This document shows positions 10,501 to 20,077 of a stretch of DNA of 64,000 bases, in pieces. The stretch's first letter is position 1, and the number at the start of each line of letters is the position of its first letter. The DNA is from a virus (lineage: Duplodnaviria; Caudoviricetes): positions 96,001 to 160,000 of IMG/VR virus record IMGVR_UViG_3300029305_003510, one strand, 5' to 3'. A program made the translations under genes and the position numbers. Below the pieces are notes generated by a model, which was not told the origin of the DNA, did not search any database, and saw nothing but the letters and a program-made list of their open reading frames with translations.

Positions 10501-11254
10501 AGCTGTCGGTATACACTCTAACGATACAGTCTTTATCTACTTTTATGCAAGGATAGAACTTAGCATCAATAGGATACCCAGGATCATGATCTACAACGAT
10601 ATGATGATAGCATCGAGTATGATACGGACTATCAATGAAGATACCAGTATTGGCTTTTACCTCATATACACCAGCAAGGTTTGCGCAAAGAAACAAATCG
10701 ATATCAGTCGTATAGGAGCAATGAAACTCCCAGTGAGTTGCATCAATCTGTTTTACTTCAGGGATACATATCTTGCCATTACTGATGTAGTATACACATT
10801 TACCTGGATTATCCATACTCGCAAAAGGTTGTCTGGTGATATCAATTCTTTGCACGTGGATATAGTCGCCCTCAACATCGGCGATCTTAGTATATCGTTG
10901 GAAGATATTTTCATTACGAATCAATGTAACCACGGTATTCTCAATATCGTAATGTTTTGGCATGATACCATAGAGATGAACTTCAGATTCGATCCACGTA
11001 ATAGTATTGGGGTTAATATATTCATCATCGATCCAGATTTCCAAATCTTCAATAGGTTGACGATCGATCATGAAATGTGGATAAAAATACCCAACACGCT
11101 CAATGTCACGATAGGATAACGAACATTGCTCGATAGATTTCTGCCCAATATATTCCCTATTTTCTCGGATCCTCCGTTCCTCCGTACAGAGTATGCCCAT
11201 CTCGTTCAGTGTATTATACAGTTCGGTTGTAGTTGACATGTTTGAGACAAGCAC
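7559..11254 (-). CDS. Large virion structural protein (tail/baseplate-associated, putative)
   Basis: ~1230-aa acidic ORF in the structural cluster; GTG start 9 nt after AGGAGG; LFVNGRYIPRTEY beta module. Confidence 0.6.
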   Translation of the reverse strand: MLVSNMSTTTELYNTLNEMGILCTEERRIRENREYIGQKSIEQCSLSYRDIERVGYFYPHFMIDRQPIEDLEIWIDDEYINPNTITWIESEVHLYGIMPKHYDIENTVVTLIRNENIFQRYTKIADVEGDYIHVQRIDITRQPFASMDNPGKCVYYISNGKICIPEVKQIDATHWEFHCSYTTDIDLFLCANLAGVYEVKANTGIFIDSPYHTRCYHHIVVDHDPGYPIDAKFYPCIKVDKDCIVRVYTDSSDRIPCPDVSRLVCYPEFMMIDDPYNCDVEYLNKLRPVNDVILGSDDEEIILDKLFRIAAYCYRLWEKFPFFCSEQNDFLMCDNSRFARPTFFQTDIHMLNGKTKSAIVTNVPFEPHRDIMFYCGNIFSDYQVVSLKKIDDHYVENLELGNPTYIIDSEMYDVNRFTLIKFNAGEDTVIENIGDYVDLNNILELHTKLNRFYRNLLILRGDVIDHPVDDAVRVATVEPSVKDQHLWFELLVNVEPDMFQVNPIERIKAMGLDPDNIPQDIKAGSYAMDMIIDDTGPQEYTELLLTYFKLSKGHKDYLVLQEGSGIDDPRIVERTEMNIGPLPESPELNAVSIEDNTLPEREGFEQYESGIGPPPDSWHYEGQIYAETFDVDGKDNPDTPYIDENPFDNVLNGVGVVAPDMFALETISYVDDESGNYITGAEIAGYTVEQKKRIILRYITEGTEEDKTAIRILWESYLDTMDKETLNVAVYKVLLIDYVYSNAANEIENPYPELDNVDMETDGAEYILSEEKPENAEIGMYWLDIPPDPEDAAPVIQTAKMNNLKYIMSIREPDFAEIGTIWVNIPGVTLQDYVGEIVCSPLMENGYNLPEGFLMDLGEGDVKSTLTFDYGAHGDETEIELFRKVDDPTLYKINYGKQFSEDPTDRAIWYEFLEEIDNKVCYSDTESMILNINERLLMLQFDHDNITAFMFDDIVMNFRGKLGIRYISILADLISSGVIDLKDVNIFHKRLVTGEDVFDPGLMRLYTGRSHTVSTARIDTTDYSVTYSTNIGRYHIDYDDEEGVTNREREAAWRHVIDYSYRDIAFLGDRMMLFVNGRYIPRTEYKEIAAGKIQLLNFNEIISCVDFFYSKKDIYLSRAKRLAIQYWNAPDTSTSIQRPDRDYEKMIPMHVCDKTYRGFYDVLMEEYIYNGRLMRELKYLEDHQDEAEYFIRDLVRKFNAISDISLTGMPDNQSRIIIPGLGSDQTYTIKE

Positions 11255-11340
11255 CCGAGCTCGCCTCCTTTCCATATATTTTCTCAGGGGGGCTTTTCTA
11301 TAAAAGAATATAGGCAAAAATCCCACCCTTTAAAAGATAA

Positions 11341-11371
11341 GACGGGAAGGGAGCTATTGTCCCCTCCCGTC
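11341..11371 (-). terminator. Hairpin/terminator
   Basis: GACGGGA.GGG..CCC.TCCCGTC, followed on the minus strand by TTATCTTTT. Confidence 0.55.
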
Positions 11372-11383
11372 GTGGTTACATTC

Positions 11384-12454
11384 TTACTGATTGCCGATCA
11401 TCAACTGCATACGCTTGTACATATCTGCGCCCTTAGTTTTCTCCATAACAGGCTCAAGAGCCATACGAGAAATCAGAGGAGATTCAAACAGAACCATACA
11501 GATCGTATAGAGATGATAGCCGATATAGTCGATCGACATAGCTGTAGCGGCACCGTATAGTCTGATCCACTTGTCATATACCAGATAGTCGCTGAGGCCC
11601 TTCATGGAAGGGCAGAGACGTTTCAGTTCCAGAATAAACAAAGAGATCGAATCAAAGTTATCTGTCTGGAACTGTGCATCCAAAGACTCAGTGATCAATT
11701 TAGACAGCTTTGGGAAATATGTATTCTTATACCGACGGAAGAACATTTCCTGACCAGTCTGTGTTCCATACATCTGAATCAAGGCAAACTCAGTAGCCAG
11801 GTAACGAATCTTGTCTTTAGTGACAGGATCCATATGTACCAGAGAGTTAATAGCTTTTTCCAGCATAGAACCATACAGAAGAGCCATACCATCGCCCAGA
11901 TCTGCAGGAACAGAAGAATTTGTCTGCACAATTTTTAATGCAACACATGCAGCGAACAATGCTGCCATAAGTGCATTATAATTTCTGCTATGAGCAATCT
12001 GATATTTGCCCATATTATCAAGCTGGACAAAATCAGAAATGTTCACGAAGATACGAGCATTTCGACCACTGCCCTGGATGATATAGGGGATGCATGTAGG
12101 AAGTTTATACTCTTCGCTGTAGACCATGATTACAGATCCATCATCAATCATAGAGCGCATTGTTTTCTTGCAGCTCAACTTGTAACGAGGACCTTCAAAG
12201 AGTTCATACTGCACAGTCTTGTCAAATTGAGTATAATCGACATGAAGAAATCCGTTATTTTCAACGGTCATACGGGGGATTACGTCAACCAGCCGCTGGC
12301 CGTTGACCATAGTGTTTTTATTAGCGTATTCAAACACCTCAGAATCACTGAGACGGTAGAATATTTTACGCTCACCGACAGTTTCCCCCAAGAGTGTCAG
12401 TGTATCGTCCTGTGGCCAAGACAAAGAGGGGAGAAAGACTTTTGTGTCAGTCAT
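11384..12454 (-). CDS. Hypothetical protein, probably virion-associated
   Basis: 356-aa ORF, SD AAAGGAG, late-type promoter at 12504-12515. Confidence 0.7.
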   Translation of the reverse strand: MTDTKVFLPSLSWPQDDTLTLLGETVGERKIFYRLSDSEVFEYANKNTMVNGQRLVDVIPRMTVENNGFLHVDYTQFDKTVQYELFEGPRYKLSCKKTMRSMIDDGSVIMVYSEEYKLPTCIPYIIQGSGRNARIFVNISDFVQLDNMGKYQIAHSRNYNALMAALFAACVALKIVQTNSSVPADLGDGMALLYGSMLEKAINSLVHMDPVTKDKIRYLATEFALIQMYGTQTGQEMFFRRYKNTYFPKLSKLITESLDAQFQTDNFDSISLFILELKRLCPSMKGLSDYLVYDKWIRLYGAATAMSIDYIGYHLYTICMVLFESPLISRMALEPVMEKTKGADMYKRMQLMIGNQ

Positions 12455-12602
12455 TCCAATTTAGCTCCTTTCATTCAGCGCTGATTATTACACATATAAC
12501 ATGTATACTTATGTTTTTCTAAAGATCCCCTAGTCGAAATTGAAATGGGTATAAGAGGTATATTTCCTCAAAGTTTACCATTATATGGAGGCCTAATTCC
12601 TT

Positions 12603-13115
12603 ATGAAACAACGTATGAATAGACAGAAAATTTCGCAACTTCAAATGGATCGTGCTGAGCATGAAATGAAACGTAATATGACCAAAACATACAACTGTGT
12701 TTCATGCTCAAAGGCTATTCGAGAAGAGGATATTATAACAGCTGATGCTTTCAGGATAATGGATCCTGGTGGTGAAGTTCGATATTTAGTTGGATATCGG
12801 TTTAGTTGTAGTAAAGATTTAATCAAACCTTTCTATGACGCTAGGTATAGATGCATGTGTACTCAAGGCGACGATGCATCTGCACATAATTGTCAAACTT
12901 GTATGTACAGTGAGCCATATATGGTTCAGATACTCAATGAAGTTCCTAAAGGTGGTAAAGCTAAAAAGTGGGCCAAACCACCCAAAAATAACTGTATAGC
13001 ACATCGTATTTTATATCGCTGTAAAAACTTAATACGTATGGAACAGTTTAATGAAGGAACATTCATGTGTGCATATATTAAATGTGATCATTATAAGAAA
13101 CGGGAGGAGAAGTGA
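12603..13115 (+). CDS. Cys-rich hypothetical protein (possible Zn-binding)
   Basis: CVSC, CMC, CQTC motifs; SD GGAGG. Confidence 0.7.
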   Translation: MKQRMNRQKISQLQMDRAEHEMKRNMTKTYNCVSCSKAIREEDIITADAFRIMDPGGEVRYLVGYRFSCSKDLIKPFYDARYRCMCTQGDDASAHNCQTCMYSEPYMVQILNEVPKGGKAKKWAKPPKNNCIAHRILYRCKNLIRMEQFNEGTFMCAYIKCDHYKKREEK

Positions 13116-13120
13116 TTTTA

Positions 13121-13882
13121 ATGGCCAAAAAGGATAAAGAGCAGGAGAAGAAAGTTGAAGTCGAAAGTGGTAAGACTAAAACTGATAACCACAATAAGGC
13201 TTACATAAATTCAAAAGGCGAACGCGTTATGCGCATCACTGAAGTTATCAAGGTTCTTGCTAAGGATCAGTTGATGACTTGGGCAAATATGTTGGGTTTC
13301 AAAGGTATTGACTATAAGAAAGAGCTTGAAAGAACTGCAAATATCGGTTCTATGTTTCATGGTGTAGTCGAACAGTTCATGAATCCCAAGCAGCTTGCAT
13401 TTATTGACTATTCCGCATATGGTGTCTACGGTTTTCAGTCTGAAATGGAAGCTACCAATGCAATTCATTCTTTCTTCGAATGGTATGAAGATGTAAAAAA
13501 TATCGTCAAAGTTAAGTTCACTGAAAAAGTTGTAGTCGGTGAGAAACTTGGTGGTACTATCGATTGTGGTATTGAAGGTTTTTGTGATCCCGAAAAGGTA
13601 ATCTTCGTAGACTATAAAACGAGTCCCAGTTTTTATCTCAGTCAGTTTCTTCAGCTTGCAGGTTATGTAAAACTTTATGAAGAGGTTTATGGTGAGGATA
13701 CTGTGGAAGGTGTTATGGTGGTCCTTGCCAATAAGAAAACGGGAACTAAAGCTCGTGCACGATTTATTGATCGGGATGCAATGGGTCCAATTATTTTGTG
13801 TTTCGATTGTCTTTATAATACAGCAGTTGCCACTAAGGTCCTAAACAATAGTTGGTGGCAGTTGGGAAAGGATATACAGTAA
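13121..13882 (+). CDS. PD-(D/E)XK exonuclease (Cas4/RecB-like)
   Basis: GSMFH, GTIDC, VDYKTS and QLAGY motifs. Confidence 0.8.
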   Translation: MAKKDKEQEKKVEVESGKTKTDNHNKAYINSKGERVMRITEVIKVLAKDQLMTWANMLGFKGIDYKKELERTANIGSMFHGVVEQFMNPKQLAFIDYSAYGVYGFQSEMEATNAIHSFFEWYEDVKNIVKVKFTEKVVVGEKLGGTIDCGIEGFCDPEKVIFVDYKTSPSFYLSQFLQLAGYVKLYEEVYGEDTVEGVMVVLANKKTGTKARARFIDRDAMGPIILCFDCLYNTAVATKVLNNSWWQLGKDIQ

Positions 13883-14574
13883 TGCATTACACGAATGAAA
13901 CTACATCATTTCTCTCGTATGAAGTAATTGGTGAGGTATCTCTGAATATCCTTGAGTTTAAAGAGAAAGGTGATACTCTTAATTTTACGGGGGAAATTAC
14001 TGAAATCTTCTATGAAGACTATTTGAACAAAATGCCAGGTGGGATTCCAAGGCTTCTTCCCCAGAAGCATGCGTTGAATCTTAAACTTGTATCAGTTCAA
14101 GCCAATCGCATTGTAAGGAATATTACCATATTGATCACGGATGTTATTACATATGAAACTGATGAGAACTACAACAGCTGTAGAATTACAGTCAAGTATG
14201 CAAGAATTCCTACAGGGGATACTGATCCTCGATCTTTGGTGACAATTCGTCCTGTAGTCTCTCATATTTTTCACAGTGATGGCTTTATCGGCCTCACGCT
14301 CGAAGGTGATATGAAAGCGATCATGCATATGGCTAGCCGGGAACTTCGTGTATTCTGTCATGGTGGGATTGTTTATTATAACGGTGATTTGACTATGTTG
14401 AATACCACTATGGAGGACAAACCTACTATTGATAGTATACGATATAACACAATTGGCATACTAACAGCATCAGCATTGAAAATTCCTGTACAGGAGGAGT
14501 ATAGGAGATTTAAAGATGCTTTTAAACATTTTGTGAAAAATATCTACGGTTTGGATAATATCGCAGATATTTGA
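13882..14574 (+). CDS. Hypothetical protein
   Basis: TAATG stop-start coupling with the upstream gene. Confidence 0.7.
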   Translation: MHYTNETTSFLSYEVIGEVSLNILEFKEKGDTLNFTGEITEIFYEDYLNKMPGGIPRLLPQKHALNLKLVSVQANRIVRNITILITDVITYETDENYNSCRITVKYARIPTGDTDPRSLVTIRPVVSHIFHSDGFIGLTLEGDMKAIMHMASRELRVFCHGGIVYYNGDLTMLNTTMEDKPTIDSIRYNTIGILTASALKIPVQEEYRRFKDAFKHFVKNIYGLDNIADI

Positions 14575-14597
14575 TATGAAATAAGGAGGAAGTATAT

Positions 14598-15584
14598 ATG
14601 AGCTATGCTGATTTTAAATTCATTGGTAACTGTAAGAAGATCCTTGCGGAGGGATTCTCTGATGAATCATTCCAGGTTCGTCCTAAGTGGGAAGATGGTA
14701 CTCCCGCACATACGAAGAAGCTGCTACATGTAGTTGACCATTATCAGCTTGCACAGGATTCTATTCCCATTATGACCATGCGCAAAACAGGATTTAAGAC
14801 CTGTATTGGTGAGATTCTTTGGATCTATCAGAAAGCATCCAATGTCATTAGTGAGCTCGGTTCTCATATCTGGGATGAGTGGGATGTTGGTAATGGTACA
14901 ATCGGAAAAGCTTATGGCTATCAGATCGGTAAACTCCATCGACATCATAAGCATACTCCTGGAGAAAATCTGTCTGACTACCCGTCTGCTGGTGAAAAGG
15001 ACGGCTGGATTTATCTGAATCAGATCGATGCCGTTATTTGGGACCTGAGAAATAATCCTGGTTCTCGGTCTATTATTACGAATATGTACAATCATGAAGA
15101 TCTCAGCGAGATGGGTCTTCGTCCCTGTGCATATTCTATGACATATAATGTCACAAAAGACTCTGATGGAAATATGGTTCTGAATTCTATTCTGAACCAG
15201 CGTTCACAGGATATGCTCACCGCCAATAATTGGAATGCCGTTCAATATTCTGTTCTGACTCATATGTTGGCTCAGATTTGTGGCATGAAGGTTGGTAAAT
15301 TTACCCATGTAATTGTAGATGCGCATATTTACGATCGACACATCCCTGTTGTGGAGAGTATGATCAAAGAGTATGAGAATGTGTTGGTTAAAGCCGTACA
15401 TAATATCGACTCTGGTTATGATGATCGTACTATTCAGGAACTGCGCGAAGTTCTGCCATATCGTAATCCTAAGTTCTGGATCAATCCTGATATCAAAAGT
15501 TTCTATGACTTTACTACAAAGGATTTTGAGCTGAAGGATTATCATTACGTTCCGTTCGACTATAAAATCCCTGTGGCAGTCTAA
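14598..15584 (+). CDS. thyA: Thymidylate synthase
   Basis: GKAYGYQ, LRPC active-site Cys, NQRSQD, AHIYDRH, C-terminal VAV. Confidence 0.95.
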   Translation: MSYADFKFIGNCKKILAEGFSDESFQVRPKWEDGTPAHTKKLLHVVDHYQLAQDSIPIMTMRKTGFKTCIGEILWIYQKASNVISELGSHIWDEWDVGNGTIGKAYGYQIGKLHRHHKHTPGENLSDYPSAGEKDGWIYLNQIDAVIWDLRNNPGSRSIITNMYNHEDLSEMGLRPCAYSMTYNVTKDSDGNMVLNSILNQRSQDMLTANNWNAVQYSVLTHMLAQICGMKVGKFTHVIVDAHIYDRHIPVVESMIKEYENVLVKAVHNIDSGYDDRTIQELREVLPYRNPKFWINPDIKSFYDFTTKDFELKDYHYVPFDYKIPVAV

Positions 15585-15596
15585 TGAGGTGACTAT

Positions 15597-15899
15597 ATGA
15601 AAGTGTTTCTGAGTCATCCAATGCACGGGATTTCTGAGGAAGAGTGTCTTGCATATCGAGATAAGGCGATGGAGCATATTTGTGAAAGATTTCCGGATGC
15701 AGAATTACTTGAAACATTCATTCATGAAAATGCTCCTGTTAATGCTACACGTCAATGGCATCTTGGAGAATCTATTAAGTTCATGGGAGATGCTGATATA
15801 GTATTCTTTTCAAAAGATTTCCGAGAAGCTCGTGGATGTTGCGTAGAGTATCAAGTGTGTCTCGAATATGGGATCCCATTTGAAATTCTACAAATTTAA
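15597..15899 (+). CDS. DUF4406-like / nucleoside 2-deoxyribosyltransferase-fold protein
   Basis: VFLSHPMHG...ADIVFF..DFREARGCCVE pattern. Confidence 0.6.
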   Translation: MKVFLSHPMHGISEEECLAYRDKAMEHICERFPDAELLETFIHENAPVNATRQWHLGESIKFMGDADIVFFSKDFREARGCCVEYQVCLEYGIPFEILQI

Positions 15900-15916
15900 G
15901 AATTGAGGTGAATGTT

Positions 15917-17020
15917 ATGATCGCGATTGCTCTTGTAGATCAAAAGTGGGGCATCGCAGCCAATGGCAAGCAAATCATATTTATTCCGGAAGATCTGAAA
16001 CGGTTCAAGAAGCTTACTGAGGGTCATCCAGTTATTATGGGTCGTAAAACATATGAAGCCCTTCCCGGAAAGAGACCACTTCCAGGAAGACGTAATCTGA
16101 TTCTATCCAGGAATATGGAGACTGCACCAGAAGGATTTGAGCTTGGTAGCCTCATGGCTAATGATCCCGATACATGTGTAATAGGTGGTGAGTCGGTCTA
16201 TGCGCAGCTACTTCCTTTATGTGATCATATCTACCTCACTGTAGTAGAATATGATTTCGAGGCTGATCAATTTTTCCCCAATATTACTCATGATGGAAGT
16301 GATTGGGAGTTAAGATCCCGTGGACCTGATCTTGAGTATAATGGATATGTATACCATTTCGATGAATATGTTCGCAAAGGTTCTTTTGATCTTGTTGAAC
16401 CTACGAAATCGGTAGAAGAAGATCTGCAGCAGTTTAATAAAGCTGAAATTCTTGCTGTTGCAGAAACACTTATCCAGCAAGCTCAAAAGGAGCATACGAA
16501 TGAAGAGGCCCAAGCCTCAGCCATCTTAGCAAATCTGGCAGTATTGTGTTATTCTCAGGGTATGAATGCAACCTGTAACAAAGGTGTGAAAGCTTTTGCA
16601 TCTACCGATGATATTTTTGCTGACGTTATTGCAGAGGCGCAAATTCGTTGGGAGTGGATCATCACATACTGTCACGATGTGTTAAACATTGATCTTCATC
16701 CATTGGCAATGCTATTTGTATTGCGATTTATCACATCTAGCGAGAACGATGTGTATGCTCCACATGTTCTTGCGGGTATTGAGCGTGTCAGCAAACAGTT
16801 GGATGAAAAGATCGCTGAAGATGTACAAGCAGCGGATGCTGAAATCGATCCTGAGATTGAAAGTTTTGATGGGAGTATGGCAACTTTGGTTGTAGAATAT
16901 TTCAAATTGCTTGAGGAAATCGGAACATTCCATCGGGATCGCGATAAGTACGAGACAGAAGAACAGAAGAAACTACATGATCGAATTGTTACGATTTATC
17001 GTAAGATCGGTCGTACATAA
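15917..17020 (+). CDS. folA: Dihydrofolate reductase fused to an unknown C-terminal domain
   Basis: PEDLKRFK, VIMGRKTYE, PLPGRRN, IGGESVY, ADQFFP; ~210 extra helical residues. Confidence 0.88.
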   Translation: MIAIALVDQKWGIAANGKQIIFIPEDLKRFKKLTEGHPVIMGRKTYEALPGKRPLPGRRNLILSRNMETAPEGFELGSLMANDPDTCVIGGESVYAQLLPLCDHIYLTVVEYDFEADQFFPNITHDGSDWELRSRGPDLEYNGYVYHFDEYVRKGSFDLVEPTKSVEEDLQQFNKAEILAVAETLIQQAQKEHTNEEAQASAILANLAVLCYSQGMNATCNKGVKAFASTDDIFADVIAEAQIRWEWIITYCHDVLNIDLHPLAMLFVLRFITSSENDVYAPHVLAGIERVSKQLDEKIAEDVQAADAEIDPEIESFDGSMATLVVEYFKLLEEIGTFHRDRDKYETEEQKKLHDRIVTIYRKIGRT

Positions 17021-17122
17021 CCTCTCGAAATACATATTATATCAGTGGATGTAGAGCCTTCATACATAAGGTTTTGCATCCACTGATATTGTAATTCAAA
17101 ATATAGAGAGGAGTATGAAACT

Positions 17123-17413
17123 ATGACAAGAAGACAGAGACGAGATCTTGTAATTGATCAGAAGAGAGCCGCACTTGCATATGCAGCTCGTGATGTTTCT
17201 CAGCAAGAATTAGCCGAAGAGTTCGGTGTTACTCAGAGCACTATTTCCAGATACATTAAACTGGGCGAATTAGCGATCCTCGCAGAGTGTAATATCAAAG
17301 AAGCCGATAGTCCGAGCACAGTGCGAGCTAAAGCTAGTAGAGCTGGTTATCATGACACCAGTGATATTCAGCGTATACATGGTCATTGTGTTCGACGATA
17401 TCAGAAAGTGTAA
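17123..17413 (+). CDS. Small HTH DNA-binding protein
   Basis: VSQQELAEEFGVTQSTISRYI helix-turn-helix. Confidence 0.8.
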   Translation: MTRRQRRDLVIDQKRAALAYAARDVSQQELAEEFGVTQSTISRYIKLGELAILAECNIKEADSPSTVRAKASRAGYHDTSDIQRIHGHCVRRYQKV

Positions 17414-17461
17414 TTTAAATAAGCATACATAAAATACGAAAGAAAAGGAGAGTGAAATTGT

Positions 17462-18802
17462 ATGCAGGCAATCCGTGCTGGGGACCTTTATTTCTTGCAG
17501 TCCCCGTTTCATACGCAACCGTCAGATACAGGAGCTGCTGTAGAAAAGAGGCTTAGTTATCTGCTCGGTACAGTTTCATCGAGACCGGTGGTAGTAATCC
17601 GGCCTCCCGCATGGTGGGATCGTTTCAACACCTGTACTGTCATACCCGCACTGTCCCACGGTGAACCGGCTATTGTTTATAAGCTGATCGACCGCTACGG
17701 AGGGATGACGAAAGCTGACTATCCCTTTGTGCCTCATAATCCACATACCATTCCTGTTTCACGACTGGGCAAGTTTATGGGGTCAATGACAGATGAAGAA
17801 TTAGAACCTCTTCTCTATGCATATAAGTGGATCCATGATCCCTTTATGCAGATGGATACACAGAACTATCCTGTACCAGAGGTATATCGAGATGTGATGG
17901 CGAAAAAGATTCCGCCTCACAGTTGGAGAGTGAATAAAGATGCCAGAGCTGGTGTAGATATCCGTATCACGAAAGATATGGAACTACAAAGTGAAACTAA
18001 TCCTGAGCTGAACCGTTTCAATATTGGCTCTGCGATGAAAACCAAGATCTCTCCCACTGCTGAGAGAGCATTGAACTGTGACAAGATTTATGTTCCAACG
18101 GAGAACCCTCTTCCTGATTCCGTTGAAATGGGGATTAATGAAATATCTTGTCCGGTAGAAAAATCATTCCCGCCATCAATATTTGATACGGAGACGCTGA
18201 ACAGGGTTGCCAGCAGGTTTACTATCAGCGATGCGTATTATAATAACGATAAATCTATTCGAACACCAGATATCCTTACAGCGTCTGAAATTTCAAATAT
18301 CCGTTGTGAGCTGACCGATTCTGAATTCAATGAGATCATTCAGTTCTACAAGAAGATGACACCGTTGGATGCATATATACTTGGTCCGCGTCTTCCTCTT
18401 GAAGTTCTGGCTGATATTACTGAGATGCCCACATCTAAGGCTGTCGCTCTGAAAAGGCTCTGTAATTATATGCGCGATCTTCCTTGCGAAGATTATGATA
18501 ATAGAGTCAAAGAGCTTGAAGATAGGTTAGAGTCTGAAAAGGAAGAACAATCTGAAGTCGAAGAAGAGATTAAACAGCAAGGCGCAAATAAGTCTCCATC
18601 CATGTATGTGAATGAGCTTCAGAAAGTTAAACCATATCTGAATCAGAAATCTATCATGAGCATGCCAGATGATGTCGCCAGGCTATTCCTCGAAATGCCG
18701 ATGTATCTCATTAAGAGAAATTATAATGGGACTCAGTTTAATAAACCATATGCGAAAGCTATGGAATACTATAAAGAGAAACTAAGTAAAACACCAGCTT
18801 GA
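17462..18802 (+). CDS. MazF/PemK-like endoribonuclease domain fused to a long C-terminal region
   Basis: RAGDLYF...RPVVVI...TVIPALS...HTIPVSRLGKFMGSMTDEEL matches the MazF pattern over the first ~125 aa. Confidence 0.65.
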   Translation: MQAIRAGDLYFLQSPFHTQPSDTGAAVEKRLSYLLGTVSSRPVVVIRPPAWWDRFNTCTVIPALSHGEPAIVYKLIDRYGGMTKADYPFVPHNPHTIPVSRLGKFMGSMTDEELEPLLYAYKWIHDPFMQMDTQNYPVPEVYRDVMAKKIPPHSWRVNKDARAGVDIRITKDMELQSETNPELNRFNIGSAMKTKISPTAERALNCDKIYVPTENPLPDSVEMGINEISCPVEKSFPPSIFDTETLNRVASRFTISDAYYNNDKSIRTPDILTASEISNIRCELTDSEFNEIIQFYKKMTPLDAYILGPRLPLEVLADITEMPTSKAVALKRLCNYMRDLPCEDYDNRVKELEDRLESEKEEQSEVEEEIKQQGANKSPSMYVNELQKVKPYLNQKSIMSMPDDVARLFLEMPMYLIKRNYNGTQFNKPYAKAMEYYKEKLSKTPA

Positions 18803-18815
18803 TTGGAGAAGAGTA

Positions 18816-18846
18816 AAACGGGGGCCTAGCGTCCCCGTTTCTTTTC
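18816..18846 (+). terminator. Intrinsic terminator
   Basis: AAACGGGG..CCCCGTTT CTTTT. Confidence 0.75.
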
Positions 18847-18893
18847 CTGTCAATATATTAACACAAATGTACAAATAGGAGGTGAAATATAGT

Positions 18894-20075
18894 TTGCGTG
18901 ACTTTAAAATCATAGCAGCTATGGCAGATTTGCATATTGGAGTACGTCATGTTAGTGCAAAGACGCTTAAAGTTCAGCTGAAGAAACATTTCTTTGACGT
19001 TCTGAGGAATATGAAATATCTTGATGGAATTTTTCTGCTTGGGGATCTTCTTCATACAGTGATTACATTGGATTCAGATTATTCAGAACTGTTTCATTGG
19101 TTCATAGATAAGGTTTATAAGATTGCAAAAAAGAAAGGTGCCACTGTGGTTATTGTACGAGGCACTCAAGCACACGATGCAACCCAGCTTGATAATATAA
19201 AATATCTTCAGAGAAATGAAGATGGTGTTGATTTCCGTATCTATGATACCGTGGAAGAGATAACTCTCTGGAATGATTATAAGGTTCTGGTACTTCCCGA
19301 TGTAAAGGTGAAACAGCTCAAAGATGTTGGCAAGTATTTTAAAAATTCTGATAAATATGATCTGATTCTTGGTCATGGGCTGATTACACAAATGCAGTTC
19401 TTTGCACAGGAATCTGAGAATATGCCAACAAAGACTTATGTTTTTGATGCAGATGAGCTCAATTCTGCGTGTAAAGGTCCGGTTTTATTTGGTCATATCC
19501 ATCAGTACCAGTCAATCGGAAATCAATTCTACTATGTAGGCCCGTTTACGATGCTTGAGCGTGGTAATATTGATGCTGGTTTTGTTGTTATGGGTATCTA
19601 TGATAATGATCGGACAAAATATAAAGTTGAGCATTATATCAATCCGGATTCTGCAGCCTATCATGAGATTGATGTAACTGCAAAGATCCTTCGTGATATT
19701 CCTATTGATGAGATCGTTGAGGCGATTGATTCTATCGCGACCGATGCAAAAGAGAATGATCTCATCACTCTTCGAATTACCCGTGGTGATGAGACTGAGG
19801 CTGCAGAGAAAGTGATGATACTGGAGAATCGATATCGAAAAGATAAAAGATTTTCAATCATCAAGAAAGTTAAAAATAAACGGGAAGAAGAGCATGATAA
19901 ACTGCAAGCGGATAGGAAAAAGAGATATGAGTATTTAATGGATGAGAATATGGAACTTCCATCTATTCTGTACACATACTATCTTTCAGATGTAATTCCA
20001 ACTCTTCCTGATAAGAAGAGTGTTGCTGCTTGTCTGACTGAAGATGATTTCCGTAAAGCGTTAGGAGTTGAATAA
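18894..20075 (+). CDS. SbcD/Mre11-like metallophosphoesterase nuclease
   Basis: ADLHIG, GDLLH, GTQAHD, GHG and GHIH motifs; TTG start inferred from SD spacing. Confidence 0.85.
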   Translation: MRDFKIIAAMADLHIGVRHVSAKTLKVQLKKHFFDVLRNMKYLDGIFLLGDLLHTVITLDSDYSELFHWFIDKVYKIAKKKGATVVIVRGTQAHDATQLDNIKYLQRNEDGVDFRIYDTVEEITLWNDYKVLVLPDVKVKQLKDVGKYFKNSDKYDLILGHGLITQMQFFAQESENMPTKTYVFDADELNSACKGPVLFGHIHQYQSIGNQFYYVGPFTMLERGNIDAGFVVMGIYDNDRTKYKVEHYINPDSAAYHEIDVTAKILRDIPIDEIVEAIDSIATDAKENDLITLRITRGDETEAAEKVMILENRYRKDKRFSIIKKVKNKREEEHDKLQADRKKRYEYLMDENMELPSILYTYYLSDVIPTLPDKKSVAACLTEDDFRKALGVE

Positions 20076-20077
20076 AT

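Noticed and set aside
13121-13882. Cas4-like nuclease as a sign of a CRISPR system
   Set aside because: No repeat-spacer array or other cas genes were seen; stand-alone PD-(D/E)XK nucleases are common in phages.
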